Assembly: GCA_031459875.1 (NCBI GenBank)
Contig: JAVKHQ010000005.1
Span: 53,181-117,180, forward strand
Direction of reading: 5' to 3'
DNA: 64,000 nt
Source of the DNA: Candidatus Fervidifonticultor sextus
Lineage (GTDB): Bacteria; Sysuimicrobiota; Sysuimicrobiia; Sysuimicrobiales; Humicultoraceae
The position numbers were made by a program, and so were the translations under genes. Of the stretch, positions 36,698-46,586 are shown one piece after another. The notes under the pieces are model-generated. The model ran no database searches, was not told the DNA's origin, and saw nothing but the letters and a program-made list of their open reading frames with translations. Numbering within the stretch: position 1 is the first letter of the stretch; each line of letters opens with the position of its first letter.

Positions 36698-38401
36698 ATG
36701 GACGTCCTCGCCAGGACCCTTTCCTACCTCGGCGCGACCCTGTTGATTGGTGCAGGGATCTTCGCCTTCTGGATCGGCCCCGAGATGGCCCGCAGCGCGG
36801 CGCGTGGGCGGATCCGCCTCGGCGCGCTGGCGGGAGTCTGCCTGCTGCTGGTGGGGACCGCACTGGGGGTGATCCGGGGACTCCTCCAGGCGCTGGGCGA
36901 ACTGGGTCCGGCCATGGTACCGGCCTACCTTCTCGGGACCCGTCACGGCAACGCGGCCGCCGCCCGGATCGTGCTCGCCGTCCTGCTCGGGGTCATGGCG
37001 CCGGGCCGCGGCGGCCGACTCAGCAGGCCCGTCTTTCTGGGGCTCGCCGCCGGCCTGCTCGCGACTTTCAGCCTGACCAGCCACGCCGCCGGCCTCGGTC
37101 GGGTCTTCCCGATCCTGGCGGACCTGGTCCACCTTTCCGGCGCCGCCGTGTGGGCCGGCGTCGTGCTCTACCTGGCATGGGCTCCAGTCTGGGTGCCCAG
37201 CCTGCCGCAGGGCGCCCCCGGAGATTCTCTGAGCCAGGCCGTGCGGCAGACCTCCGCGATCGGACTGGCCTGCGTCCTCCTGCTCGTTGCGACCGGCGCC
37301 TACGCGGCCGCCCTGCACCTCTGGGGCCCCGTGGCGCTCTCGGCCACCCCGTACGGCCGGACCCTCGCGGGCAAACTCGCGGCCATCGCCCTGCTGCTGG
37401 CAATCGCTGCGGTGAACCGTTGGGTGCTCACTCCTGGTCTTGGGCGGCCCGGATTCCTCGGGGCGACTGGCCGCCTGCTGAAGGTCGAGTCGCTGGTTCT
37501 GGCCGCCGTCTTGTCCCTGACTGCCCTGCTCACCACGCGCCCGCTGCCCGAGCCGCCGGCCTCCGTGGAGGGCGTCGTGACCATCAATGAGGTGGCTGGC
37601 CCCTGGCTGGTGCGGGGGAGCCTGGCTCCGGCGATTCCCGACGGGCTCACCCTTGAGTTGACGGTCCGCCGCGCTGGCGGCGCCCTCCCGGTGGGCCCGA
37701 TGTCCGTGGAAGCCGTGATGACCATGCAGGGGCATCCGATGCCGCCGGTGGTCATCCGGCCGACGGCCACCGGTCCGGGAAGTTTCCGCGCCGCTGTCTC
37801 GCTGCCGATGGCTGGCGCGTGGGACCTCGCTATCGTCCTGCCGGGCGCCGTCCTCCGTGTTCCCGTCATGGCTCGCAGCGGTCCGGGGGGCGGCTCAGGG
37901 TGGGCTCCAGTGCTGCCAGGTCTCCTGCTGGCGGTCGCCGCCTCGGTCGTTGCGGGTGCCATGCTCGACCGGGCAGGCCTCCACACGCAGACAGGCCGGC
38001 TGGCCGCCCTCACAGGAGGCGCCCTGCTGGCGGTCGGCCTGACCTTCGCCGTCCGCGCCGCAGCCCCCGCCACCTCGCCGGGCGGGATCCCTGACCGGCA
38101 GAATCCCATCGCCCCGACGGCGGAGTCGCTGGCCGCCGGAGAACGCCTCTACCGGCAGCATTGCCAGGCCTGCCACGGGCTCACCGGAGCCGGCGACGGT
38201 CCGGCCGCCGCAGCGCTCCGCCCGCCGCCGGCGGACCTGCGGGTGCACATGGCGGCGGGGCACACCGACGGCCAGCTCTTCCACTGGATCAGCGAGGGCA
38301 TGCCCGGGACCGCCATGCCAGCCTTCAAGAATATCCTCTCCGAGGAGGACCGCTGGCATGTGTTGAACTTCATCAAATCGTTCGCCCTCAGCGATCGGTA
38401 A
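36698..38401 (+). CDS. copD: CopD fused to a YtkA-like domain and cytochrome c
   Basis: TSHA, VHL...VWAG, TPYGRTL..KL; TMQGHPM..LPMAGAW; CQACH with AMP axial Met. Confidence 0.85.
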   Translation: MDVLARTLSYLGATLLIGAGIFAFWIGPEMARSAARGRIRLGALAGVCLLLVGTALGVIRGLLQALGELGPAMVPAYLLGTRHGNAAAARIVLAVLLGVMAPGRGGRLSRPVFLGLAAGLLATFSLTSHAAGLGRVFPILADLVHLSGAAVWAGVVLYLAWAPVWVPSLPQGAPGDSLSQAVRQTSAIGLACVLLLVATGAYAAALHLWGPVALSATPYGRTLAGKLAAIALLLAIAAVNRWVLTPGLGRPGFLGATGRLLKVESLVLAAVLSLTALLTTRPLPEPPASVEGVVTINEVAGPWLVRGSLAPAIPDGLTLELTVRRAGGALPVGPMSVEAVMTMQGHPMPPVVIRPTATGPGSFRAAVSLPMAGAWDLAIVLPGAVLRVPVMARSGPGGGSGWAPVLPGLLLAVAASVVAGAMLDRAGLHTQTGRLAALTGGALLAVGLTFAVRAAAPATSPGGIPDRQNPIAPTAESLAAGERLYRQHCQACHGLTGAGDGPAAAALRPPPADLRVHMAAGHTDGQLFHWISEGMPGTAMPAFKNILSEEDRWHVLNFIKSFALSDR

Positions 38402-38406
38402 CCTGA

Positions 38407-39441
38407 ATGCGTGCTTCCCGCCGTCGCCATCTCCATCGGGCCGCCCTGCTGGCAAGTCTGCTGGCTGCCTTTTCGGGTTGCCAGCAGGCGCCGCCGGCCC
38501 ACGGGCCGGCGCTCCCGCTGGTCAGGCCTGTACCGGACGCTCCGGGCAGGCTGCTCTACACGAAACTGCGGCCCGATGCCCGGAGCGCGTTTATGACCTT
38601 CGAGCCGGCCACCGGGGCGCTCGCGGAGCTGGTCGTGTTCCCGCCGGGTGTGATCGCGGGGATGCCCGCCGCCTCACCCGATGGGGCCCAGGTGGCCTAC
38701 AGCGCCTACCGACCCGGAAAGGATCCGACGGATCCCGGCGGCACCGATCTCTACGTGATGGATGCCACTGGCGCGCGCCAGCACCTCGTGGCCGCGCATC
38801 CGCAGGCGGGTGCCTCGCTGACCGAGCCGGCGTGGGCGCCAGACGGTCGAACCCTGTATGTCACCCACGTCGCCCGCGACGGCGCCATGCGGATCGAACG
38901 GATCTCGCTGAGCGATCGGCGCCGACAGACCGTCATCGTCAACGCCTCGTACCCGACCGTCGCCCCTGACGGACGTGTGGGGTTCATCCGCATGGATCCG
39001 AGCCTCCGCATCCAAGAACTCTGGGTGGCACAGGCCGACGGGCGCGGGGCCCGTCGTATCGTGGCCGGCTCGCCGTTTGCCGGGATGGCCTTCCCCAGGT
39101 TTGCACCCTCAGCCGATCTCATCGTGTTTGCGGCCATCGGTGGTCCCGTCGGCTCGCCTTCGCCCCGATCCGAGCGTCCGGTGCCTCTCTGGCAGCGTGG
39201 ACGGGCTGCCTTCGCCCACGCCGTCCCCTGGGACCTCTGGATCGTCGCTAGCGACGGGACGGGCCTGAGGCAGGTGACCAACCTGAAGGAGGACTACCCC
39301 GTTCCGGTCTGGTCCGCCGACGGGCACTGGATCGCCTTCACGGGCGAGTTCGGCCTCTACCTCCTCCGCCCCGCGGAGAAGCGGGTTGTGCGGGTCCACG
39401 ATGAAGGGGCTGGGAGCGGCCTGGCGTGGCTGTCGCGCTAG
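38407..39441 (+). CDS. TolB-like (PD40) beta-propeller lipoprotein
   Basis: Lipobox FSGC, SPDG, PAWAPDG, PVWSADG repeats. Confidence 0.8.
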   Translation: MRASRRRHLHRAALLASLLAAFSGCQQAPPAHGPALPLVRPVPDAPGRLLYTKLRPDARSAFMTFEPATGALAELVVFPPGVIAGMPAASPDGAQVAYSAYRPGKDPTDPGGTDLYVMDATGARQHLVAAHPQAGASLTEPAWAPDGRTLYVTHVARDGAMRIERISLSDRRRQTVIVNASYPTVAPDGRVGFIRMDPSLRIQELWVAQADGRGARRIVAGSPFAGMAFPRFAPSADLIVFAAIGGPVGSPSPRSERPVPLWQRGRAAFAHAVPWDLWIVASDGTGLRQVTNLKEDYPVPVWSADGHWIAFTGEFGLYLLRPAEKRVVRVHDEGAGSGLAWLSR

Positions 39442-39558
39442 GCGCCACCAGGCGTCCGCCCCCGGGCCGCGCCGGCCTTGCGCCGCCTGGGTTGCATGCT
39501 ATAATGAACGCCGTTCGGGCCCCGATCCTCGGGGCTCGACTGTTGGAGGGAACCGCAC

Positions 39559-40296
39559 ATGGAACGGGTGACACTGAAGGCTCGGCCGCGTGAGGCACTC
39601 GGTAAAGGCGCCGCGCGCAGTCTTCGGCGGCAGGGGCTCGTCCCGGCGGTCGTCTACGGCCGCGGCCGGGACCCTCAGGCGGTCGCCGTCGATGCGAAGG
39701 CGCTGTCGGAGGCCCTGCACACCCACGCCGGTATGAACGTCCTGATCGATCTGGAGGTCCCAGACGGCGACGGCGCGGAGCCGACCACGGTCGTCGTCAA
39801 GGAGACCCAGCGGGACATCTTTCGGCATCACCTGATCCATGTGGACTTCCACGCCATCTCCCTGACCGAGACCATCGAGATGCATGTGCCGGTGGTGCTG
39901 AAGGGGACCGCCAGGGGGGTGGCCGAGGGCGGGGTGCTGGAGCACCACCTGCGCGAGGTCCTGGTCAAGTGTCTGCCGACGCAGATCCCGGACCAGCTCG
40001 AACTGGATGTCACCGAGTTGCTGGTCGGCCGGTCCCTGCACGCCAGCGATCTGGTGGTCCCGGAAGGCGTCACGCTGCTTACGCCGCCCGATGAGGTGAT
40101 CGTCACCGTCGTCGCGCCGCGGGTGCACGAGGAGGCGGCGCCCGCTGCGGCGGCCCCGGCGGAGGCCGCGGCGGCGGTCGAAAGCGCGCCGGCGCCCGAA
40201 GGGGCCGGGACCACGACGGCAGCCGGGAAGCCCCGGGCCGCCGACGCGGCGGCCGCGGCCGGCAAGCCGCGGGCAGCCGAAAGCGACAGGTCCTGA
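39559..40296 (+). CDS. rplY: 50S ribosomal protein L25/CTC
   Basis: GKGAARSLR..VPAVVYG, HVDF, GGVL; TG-C-TATAAT upstream. Confidence 0.95.
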   Translation: MERVTLKARPREALGKGAARSLRRQGLVPAVVYGRGRDPQAVAVDAKALSEALHTHAGMNVLIDLEVPDGDGAEPTTVVVKETQRDIFRHHLIHVDFHAISLTETIEMHVPVVLKGTARGVAEGGVLEHHLREVLVKCLPTQIPDQLELDVTELLVGRSLHASDLVVPEGVTLLTPPDEVIVTVVAPRVHEEAAPAAAAPAEAAAAVESAPAPEGAGTTTAAGKPRAADAAAAAGKPRAAESDRS

Positions 40297-40371
40297 TCGC
40301 GCGCCGGGGCCACCGCCCCCCTGCGCCGCGCACCGGGTGCTCGCCCGAACGCGGATGGATGTCTTTTCGCC

Positions 40372-40971
40372 ATGCGGCTTATCGTGGGGCTGGGCAACCC
40401 CGGACGGCGCTACCGCGGCACCCGGCACAACATCGGGTGGGAGGTCCTGGACCGCCTTGCCCGCACGCACGGCATTGCGATTGACGCCGAGGACGGCTGG
40501 GCCGAGGTCGGCCGGGGCACCATCGGCGGCCGCCGGGTGCTGCTGGCCCGGCCGCAGACCTACGTGAACGTCAGCGGCACGGCCGTGGCCGACCTCACCC
40601 GGCGCCATCGGGTCGCGCCATCGGACCTGCTTGTGATCGTCGACGACCTGGATCTCCCGGTGGGGTCGGTGCGCGTGCGGGAGAAGGGCGGCCACGGCGG
40701 CCACAACGGCCTCCGCTCCATCATCGAGGCGCTCGGCACCACGGCGTTCCCCCGCATCCGGATCGGCATCGGCAGGCCGCCGGAAGGCGTCGACCCCGCC
40801 GACTACGTGCTCGAACGACCGTCGGCCGACGAGCGGGCGCTCCTGGACGATGCCGTGGCCCGCGCCGCAGAGGGCGCGACGCTGTGGGTCACGGACGGCG
40901 TGCAGGCCGCCATGCGTCGCTGTCACATCCGGCGGCCTCAGGACGCTGTAGGGTCACAGGCACCGCTATAA
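40372..40971 (+). CDS. pth: Peptidyl-tRNA hydrolase
   Basis: IVGLGNPG, TRHNIG, DDLDL, GGHNGLRS. Confidence 0.97.
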   Translation: MRLIVGLGNPGRRYRGTRHNIGWEVLDRLARTHGIAIDAEDGWAEVGRGTIGGRRVLLARPQTYVNVSGTAVADLTRRHRVAPSDLLVIVDDLDLPVGSVRVREKGGHGGHNGLRSIIEALGTTAFPRIRIGIGRPPEGVDPADYVLERPSADERALLDDAVARAAEGATLWVTDGVQAAMRRCHIRRPQDAVGSQAPL

Positions 40972-40992
40972 TGGCGGGATGGAGGCATCGTC

Positions 40993-41571
<579 letters not shown>

Positions 41572-41604
41572 TCCTGGAGGCCCCCGCGTCAGGGCGCCGC
41601 GGCG

Positions 41605-42831
41605 TTGGCTGACGTCGGCCGCCGCGGCCTCTGGTCGGCGTTTGCCACCCTGCGCCACCGCAACTTCCGGCTGCTGTGGACCGGCCTGCTGGTCTCGCAG
41701 ACCGGGTCGTGGATGCAGTTCATCGCGCTCGGTTACCTGGTCGACCAGCTCACGAAGGCACCGATCTATCTCGGTCTGTTGGGGATCAGCCAGGCCGTCC
41801 CGCGCCTGCTGTTTGCGCTGATCGGCGGGGCGGCCGCCGACCGCTTCGACCGGCGCCGGGTGCTGCTGGCGACCAACCTGCTCCTCATGGGCTCGGCCAT
41901 CCTGCTCTGGCTGCTGGCGTACACCGATCGCATTCAGGTCTGGCACGTCCTGCTCATCGGGGCGGTCAACTCGACGACCCAATCCTTCGACAATCCGTCG
42001 CGGCAGTCGATGGTCCCCCTCCTGGTCGGCGACCGCGAGCTGATGCCGGCCCTCAGCCTGAACACCATGGCTATGAACGGCTCGGGGATCTTCGGCCCGT
42101 CCATCGGCGGCGTGGTGATCGCCCTGGTGGGGGTCGAGGGGTGCTTCTTTGTCAACGCCCTCTCATACGTCGCGGTGGTGGCGGCCCTGCTGCGGATGGA
42201 GATCCCGCAGCAGGCCGCCGGGGGACGCCAGTCCATCGGCGCCGACATCCGTGAGGGCCTACGGCTCCTCGGCCAGAACCGCCACCTGCTGGCGATGCTG
42301 GGCGTCGTGGGCGTGCTGAGCTTCTTCGGCCGTCCCTACATCCGACTGATGCCCGCCGTGGCGCGGGAGGTGCTCGGAGTCGGCCCCACCGGCCTGGGCG
42401 TCCTGCAGGCCGCGCCGTCGGTCGGCACGATCCTGGCCGTCTTCGTCGTCGGCATCTTCGGGGAGACGGCCGGCAGGGGCCGGCTGCTGCTGGGTGCGGC
42501 GATGACCACGGGGCTCGTGGTGGCGCTCTTCGGCGCGTCCACCTGGTTTGGTGTCTCGGTCGGTCTGTTGGTCCTCGCGGGCATCTCGCAGGCGCTGGCC
42601 ATGGCCGCAGGCAACACGATCCTGCAGACCAGCGTCCGCCCGGATCAGCGCGGACGGATGATGGGCGTCTGGAGCATGGTGAACTTCGGGATGTTCGCGC
42701 TGGGCACGCTGCCGCTGGGCGCCCTGGCCGGCGCGGTCGGGGTGGGCCCGGCGCTGACGCTGGGCGGCGTCGTGGTGGTCGTGGTGGTCGGAATCCTGGC
42801 GCTGGCCGTGCCGCGGATCGCCCGCCTGTAG
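41605..42831 (+). CDS. MFS transporter
   Basis: HRNFRLLW, GG.AADRFDRRR, ~12 hydrophobic segments. Confidence 0.9.
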   Translation: MADVGRRGLWSAFATLRHRNFRLLWTGLLVSQTGSWMQFIALGYLVDQLTKAPIYLGLLGISQAVPRLLFALIGGAAADRFDRRRVLLATNLLLMGSAILLWLLAYTDRIQVWHVLLIGAVNSTTQSFDNPSRQSMVPLLVGDRELMPALSLNTMAMNGSGIFGPSIGGVVIALVGVEGCFFVNALSYVAVVAALLRMEIPQQAAGGRQSIGADIREGLRLLGQNRHLLAMLGVVGVLSFFGRPYIRLMPAVAREVLGVGPTGLGVLQAAPSVGTILAVFVVGIFGETAGRGRLLLGAAMTTGLVVALFGASTWFGVSVGLLVLAGISQALAMAAGNTILQTSVRPDQRGRMMGVWSMVNFGMFALGTLPLGALAGAVGVGPALTLGGVVVVVVVGILALAVPRIARL

Positions 42832-42877
42832 CCGACGCGGCCGCAGGACTCAGCCCGCGGATCGCCCGGCGGCCCCC

Positions 42878-44119
42878 TCAGTCCGACACGCGGCCGAACA
42901 CCAGCGCCGCGTTGATCCCGCCGAAGCCGAAGGAGTTGCTGAGCACGTAGTGGACCCGCTGGTGGCGTCCCCGGTGGGGCACGTAGTCCAGGTCGCACTC
43001 GGGGTCGGGCTCGTCGAGGTTGATGGTCGGTGGCAGGTAGTCGAAGCGCAGGGCCAGCATGCAGATGGCGGCCTCCACGGCGCCGGTGGCGCCCAGTGCG
43101 TGGCCGTGCATGGACTTGGTGCCGCTGGTGGGAATCCGGCGGGCGTGCTCGTGGAAGACCGCTTTGATCGCGCGGGTCTCCGTCGTGTCGTTGAGCGGCG
43201 TCGAGGAGCCGTGGGCGTTGATGTAGTCGATCCGCTCGGGCTCCAGCCGGGCGTCGGCCAGGGCCAGGCGCATGGCCCGCGCGGCCTGGTCCCCCGAGGG
43301 CAGCGGGGCGGTCATGTGGTGGGCATCGTTGGTGGACCCGTACCCCAGGACTTCCCCGTAGACCTCCGCCCCGCGCGCCCTGGCGTGCTCCAGGGATTCC
43401 AGCACCAACACCGCCGCGGCCTCGCCCATCACGAAGCCGTCGCGGTCCTTGTCGAAGGGCCGGCAGGCCGCCGCGGGGTTCCCGTTGCGCGTGGACATGG
43501 ACCGGATGAGGTCGAAGGCGCCGAAGATCATCGGGGTCAGCGGGCACTCGACCCCTCCGGCCAGCATGACGTCGGCGTCGCCGTGGCGGATCAGCCGCGC
43601 GGCCTCCCCGATGGCGATGGCGCCGGACGCGCACGAGTCGGAGTTGGCGCTGGTGGGACCGCAGACCCCGAGGTCGATGGCGATGTTGCACGACGCCGAG
43701 CCCCCGAAGACCGCCAGGGCCAGCGTGGGCTTCACCCGGCGGATGCCCTGGGCGAGGAAGACGTTGTACTGCTCTTCGGCGAACGCCGCGCCGCCCAGCG
43801 CCGTGCCGATGAACACCCCGGTGCGATCCCGGTCCACATGCACCAGGTCCAGGCCGGCGTCGGCCACGGCCTGGCGGGCACAGACCACGGCGAACTGCGC
43901 GAAGCGATCCAGGCGCCGGACCTGCTTCGCGTCCAGGTGGCGTGAGGGGTCGAAATCGGTGACCTCCGCCGCCACGTGACAGGAGAACGGCGAGGGATCG
44001 AACCGTTCGACCCGCCGAATCCCGGGCCGGGCGGCCCGGATCCCCTCCAGCAGCCCCGCCGCTCCGCTGCCGATGGGCGTGATCGCGCCAAGACCGGTGA
44101 CGACAACCCGGTGGGTCAC
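42878..44119 (-). CDS. Beta-ketoacyl-ACP synthase (FabF-like)
   Basis: VVVTGLG, DSCASG, NAHGSST, KSMHGHALGA, SNSFGFGG. Confidence 0.92.
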   Translation of the reverse strand: MTHRVVVTGLGAITPIGSGAAGLLEGIRAARPGIRRVERFDPSPFSCHVAAEVTDFDPSRHLDAKQVRRLDRFAQFAVVCARQAVADAGLDLVHVDRDRTGVFIGTALGGAAFAEEQYNVFLAQGIRRVKPTLALAVFGGSASCNIAIDLGVCGPTSANSDSCASGAIAIGEAARLIRHGDADVMLAGGVECPLTPMIFGAFDLIRSMSTRNGNPAAACRPFDKDRDGFVMGEAAAVLVLESLEHARARGAEVYGEVLGYGSTNDAHHMTAPLPSGDQAARAMRLALADARLEPERIDYINAHGSSTPLNDTTETRAIKAVFHEHARRIPTSGTKSMHGHALGATGAVEAAICMLALRFDYLPPTINLDEPDPECDLDYVPHRGRHQRVHYVLSNSFGFGGINAALVFGRVSD

Positions 44120-44604
44120 GGCGTCTCCCCTTCTGCCGGTCGGCCCGCCGTCGGGCCGCCCGCCAGGGCGGCCTCCGCGCGCGCCTTCACGGCCTCGAGC
44201 GTCCTGCGCGCGATGAACTGGATGAAGATCGGTCCCACGATCAGGTCGCTGACCAGACGGCCGATGACCGGCCATCGCATCGTCAGGTCGTGGACGAGTT
44301 CCACGTCAACCGTGTTCCCGTCAGGTGCAAACCGCCACTCGACCTCCATGCCGCGGGTGATGCCCGAAAGATGGCGGAAGGTGATCCGTCGGTCCTCGGG
44401 CCGGGCCTCCTGGACCGCGGTCCAGCGGGCCGGCCAGAGGCGGATGCGACCGCCCATGGCGAAGACCAGACGGCGGGGGGTGCGCTCCAGGACCCGGCAC
44501 CAGCGGTACTCGCGCAGCAACTGCGGCCAGGCCTCTACGTCGCGGGCCAGCGCGAAGACTTCCTCCAGCGGGGCGGCGATCCTGGTGCGGTGGACGGTGT
44601 GCAC
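44116..44604 (-). CDS. SRPBCC / polyketide cyclase family protein
   Basis: IAAP.E.VF.LA.DVE.WP, ITRGMEVEWRF. Confidence 0.82.
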   Translation of the reverse strand: MHTVHRTRIAAPLEEVFALARDVEAWPQLLREYRWCRVLERTPRRLVFAMGGRIRLWPARWTAVQEARPEDRRITFRHLSGITRGMEVEWRFAPDGNTVDVELVHDLTMRWPVIGRLVSDLIVGPIFIQFIARRTLEAVKARAEAALAGGPTAGRPAEGETP

Positions 44605-44606
44605 GG

Positions 44607-45803
44607 CTAGCCCCTGCGCCGCGGCCCCGCCACCAGGCGCGCCAGGGCAGCGGCCAAGAGGATGTCCCGCGCCGGCAGCACGCCGCTCACCACGCCCAGC
44701 AGGGCCCGGATCAGCGTCGGGTCGTCCGCCAGGCGGCGGAAGAGCGCCGCGGCCAGGCGCGGCCGTCTGACGATCCACTGGAGGAGGCGGCTCGTCTGCC
44801 AGGTGTCGCGGAAGGCGGCGCGGCGCGCGCGCTCGTAGGGCGCCAGCGCCGCCTGTGAGGCCGGACCTCCCCGCAGGGCGCCGTCTGCGGCGTCTGAGGC
44901 CAGTTCGGCCCCGCGCAGCGCCAGCGCGATCCCCTCTCCGGTCATGGGGTCGATCGGGCCGGCGGCGTCGCCGACGAGCAGCAGGCCGTCGCCGACCGCG
45001 GGTCGGCGGACGTGGCCGAGCGGGCCCACCGCGACGAACGGCGACAGCCGCCGGGCTCCGCGCACGATGCCGCGCAGGACCGGCAGACCGTCGCACAGGG
45101 CGTGGAAGAGGGCTGCGGGATCCCGACCCGCGCGCCGGAAAAGCGTCCGCGGCGCGGCCACCACGACGTTGCCGAATCCGCCGCCGTAGAGGGCTGCGCC
45201 GGCATACCATCCCCCTCCCAGGTGCAGGTCGCCCCTGGGGACCGGGGCCTGAAGCCCCTCGAAGTGGGCGCCGACGGTGTAGCGGACGTCGGCCGGTGAG
45301 GCCAGCGGGCCGCAGTGCCGCGCCACCACGGAACGGATGCCGTCGGCGCCGACGACGAGGCGGGCGGCGAGACGTAGGGTGCGCCCGCGGTGCCTTCCGG
45401 TCACCGCCGGCATCACCCCCGGTGTGACCCGGTCCACCCGGAATTCTTCGAGCACCAGGGCACCGGCTGAGGCCGCCGCGGACAGCACCGCATGGTCGAG
45501 GCGCTCGCGGGGGATCAACAGGCCGCGGCCCGACGGGAACGGCACCCAGGCCGCGGTCCCGTCGGGGCCGGCGAGGAACATGCCCGACAGCGACGTCCCG
45601 CCCGAGGCGACCGACCGGGCGATCCCCATCCGATCCAGCGCCGCGACCGCGGCGGGGTTCAGGTACTCGCCGCACGGCTTGGGCCGGGGGAACCTGGCCC
45701 GGTCCACAACGACGACGCGGTAGCCGCGGCGCGCCAGCAGCAGCGCCGTGGCGCTGCCTGCCGGCCCGGCGCCGACCACCAGCACGTCAGCGTCCGGGCC
45801 CAT
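44607..45803 (-). CDS. FAD-dependent oxidoreductase (geranylgeranyl reductase/halogenase-like)
   Basis: VVGAGPAG, FPRPKPCGE, GADG, VGDAAG..DP.TGEG. Confidence 0.9.
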   Translation of the reverse strand: MGPDADVLVVGAGPAGSATALLLARRGYRVVVVDRARFPRPKPCGEYLNPAAVAALDRMGIARSVASGGTSLSGMFLAGPDGTAAWVPFPSGRGLLIPRERLDHAVLSAAASAGALVLEEFRVDRVTPGVMPAVTGRHRGRTLRLAARLVVGADGIRSVVARHCGPLASPADVRYTVGAHFEGLQAPVPRGDLHLGGGWYAGAALYGGGFGNVVVAAPRTLFRRAGRDPAALFHALCDGLPVLRGIVRGARRLSPFVAVGPLGHVRRPAVGDGLLLVGDAAGPIDPMTGEGIALALRGAELASDAADGALRGGPASQAALAPYERARRAAFRDTWQTSRLLQWIVRRPRLAAALFRRLADDPTLIRALLGVVSGVLPARDILLAAALARLVAGPRRRG

Positions 45804-46533
45804 GGCCGGGCGGCCATCGGACGATGGCGGCCCGCTGGAGGCGGTGCCGCCGGATCTCTGCGCCCTCCAGCCCCGCGGCGCGCGCGAGGCCGTGGATCTC
45901 AGGCCAGGTGAAGGCACGCCGCACCGACAGCGGGCCGTCGTGGCGGGCGAGGCGCCCGCCGCCCACCAGCCACGTGTCCGCGACGGCGCCGAGGTAGGCC
46001 GGCCAGGAGCGCAGCACATCGTTCACCACGAATGCGCCGCGGGCCACCCGATCGATCTCCCGCAGGACCTGCACGGCACCGTCGAACGAGAAGTGGTGCA
46101 GGGCCAGCGCGCTGATGACGACATCCACGCTGCGGTCGGCGAAGGGCAGCGCGCACGCATCGCCGCGCAGCAGGGCCACGTCGGGCAGACCGCAGATGCC
46201 CTCCCGGGCAGCCTGCAGGATGTCCGGGTTGATGTCGAGGGCCCAGATCCGAACCGGCAGCCCTCTGGTGCGGGCCCAGGACGACACAGCCGCCGGGATG
46301 TCCGCGGACGCGGTCGCCACGTCCAGGATCGCCAGCGGCCGCCGGGAGAGGAGGACCGCGAACTGCTCCAGGTAGCCGAGGATCAGGCGGCACCCGCCGT
46401 ACCAGCGGTTCGTGCGACGGATGGCCTCCAGCAGCGCGGCGAATTCCTTTGGGTCCTGCCCCGGCGTATCGAGGAACTCGGGCGCCTGGCTCTTGGGTGG
46501 ATAGCGCAAGACGTCACCCCGCTGTGTAGACAA
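45787..46533 (-). CDS. Methyltransferase-domain protein
   Basis: EFLD, NRWYGG, ILDVATASAD, ALHHF, HDGPLSVRRAF; start may be 46509. Confidence 0.85.
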   Translation of the reverse strand: MSTQRGDVLRYPPKSQAPEFLDTPGQDPKEFAALLEAIRRTNRWYGGCRLILGYLEQFAVLLSRRPLAILDVATASADIPAAVSSWARTRGLPVRIWALDINPDILQAAREGICGLPDVALLRGDACALPFADRSVDVVISALALHHFSFDGAVQVLREIDRVARGAFVVNDVLRSWPAYLGAVADTWLVGGGRLARHDGPLSVRRAFTWPEIHGLARAAGLEGAEIRRHRLQRAAIVRWPPGHGPGR

Positions 46534-46586
46534 ACGCCCTGTGGGAACAGTCTAGGGGAGGGACTGTAACGGGTCTATGACGACGC

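Noticed and set aside
40218..40280. AAGKPRAA repeat in the L25 tail
   Set aside because: Ordinary low-complexity coding tail, not a CRISPR or mobile repeat
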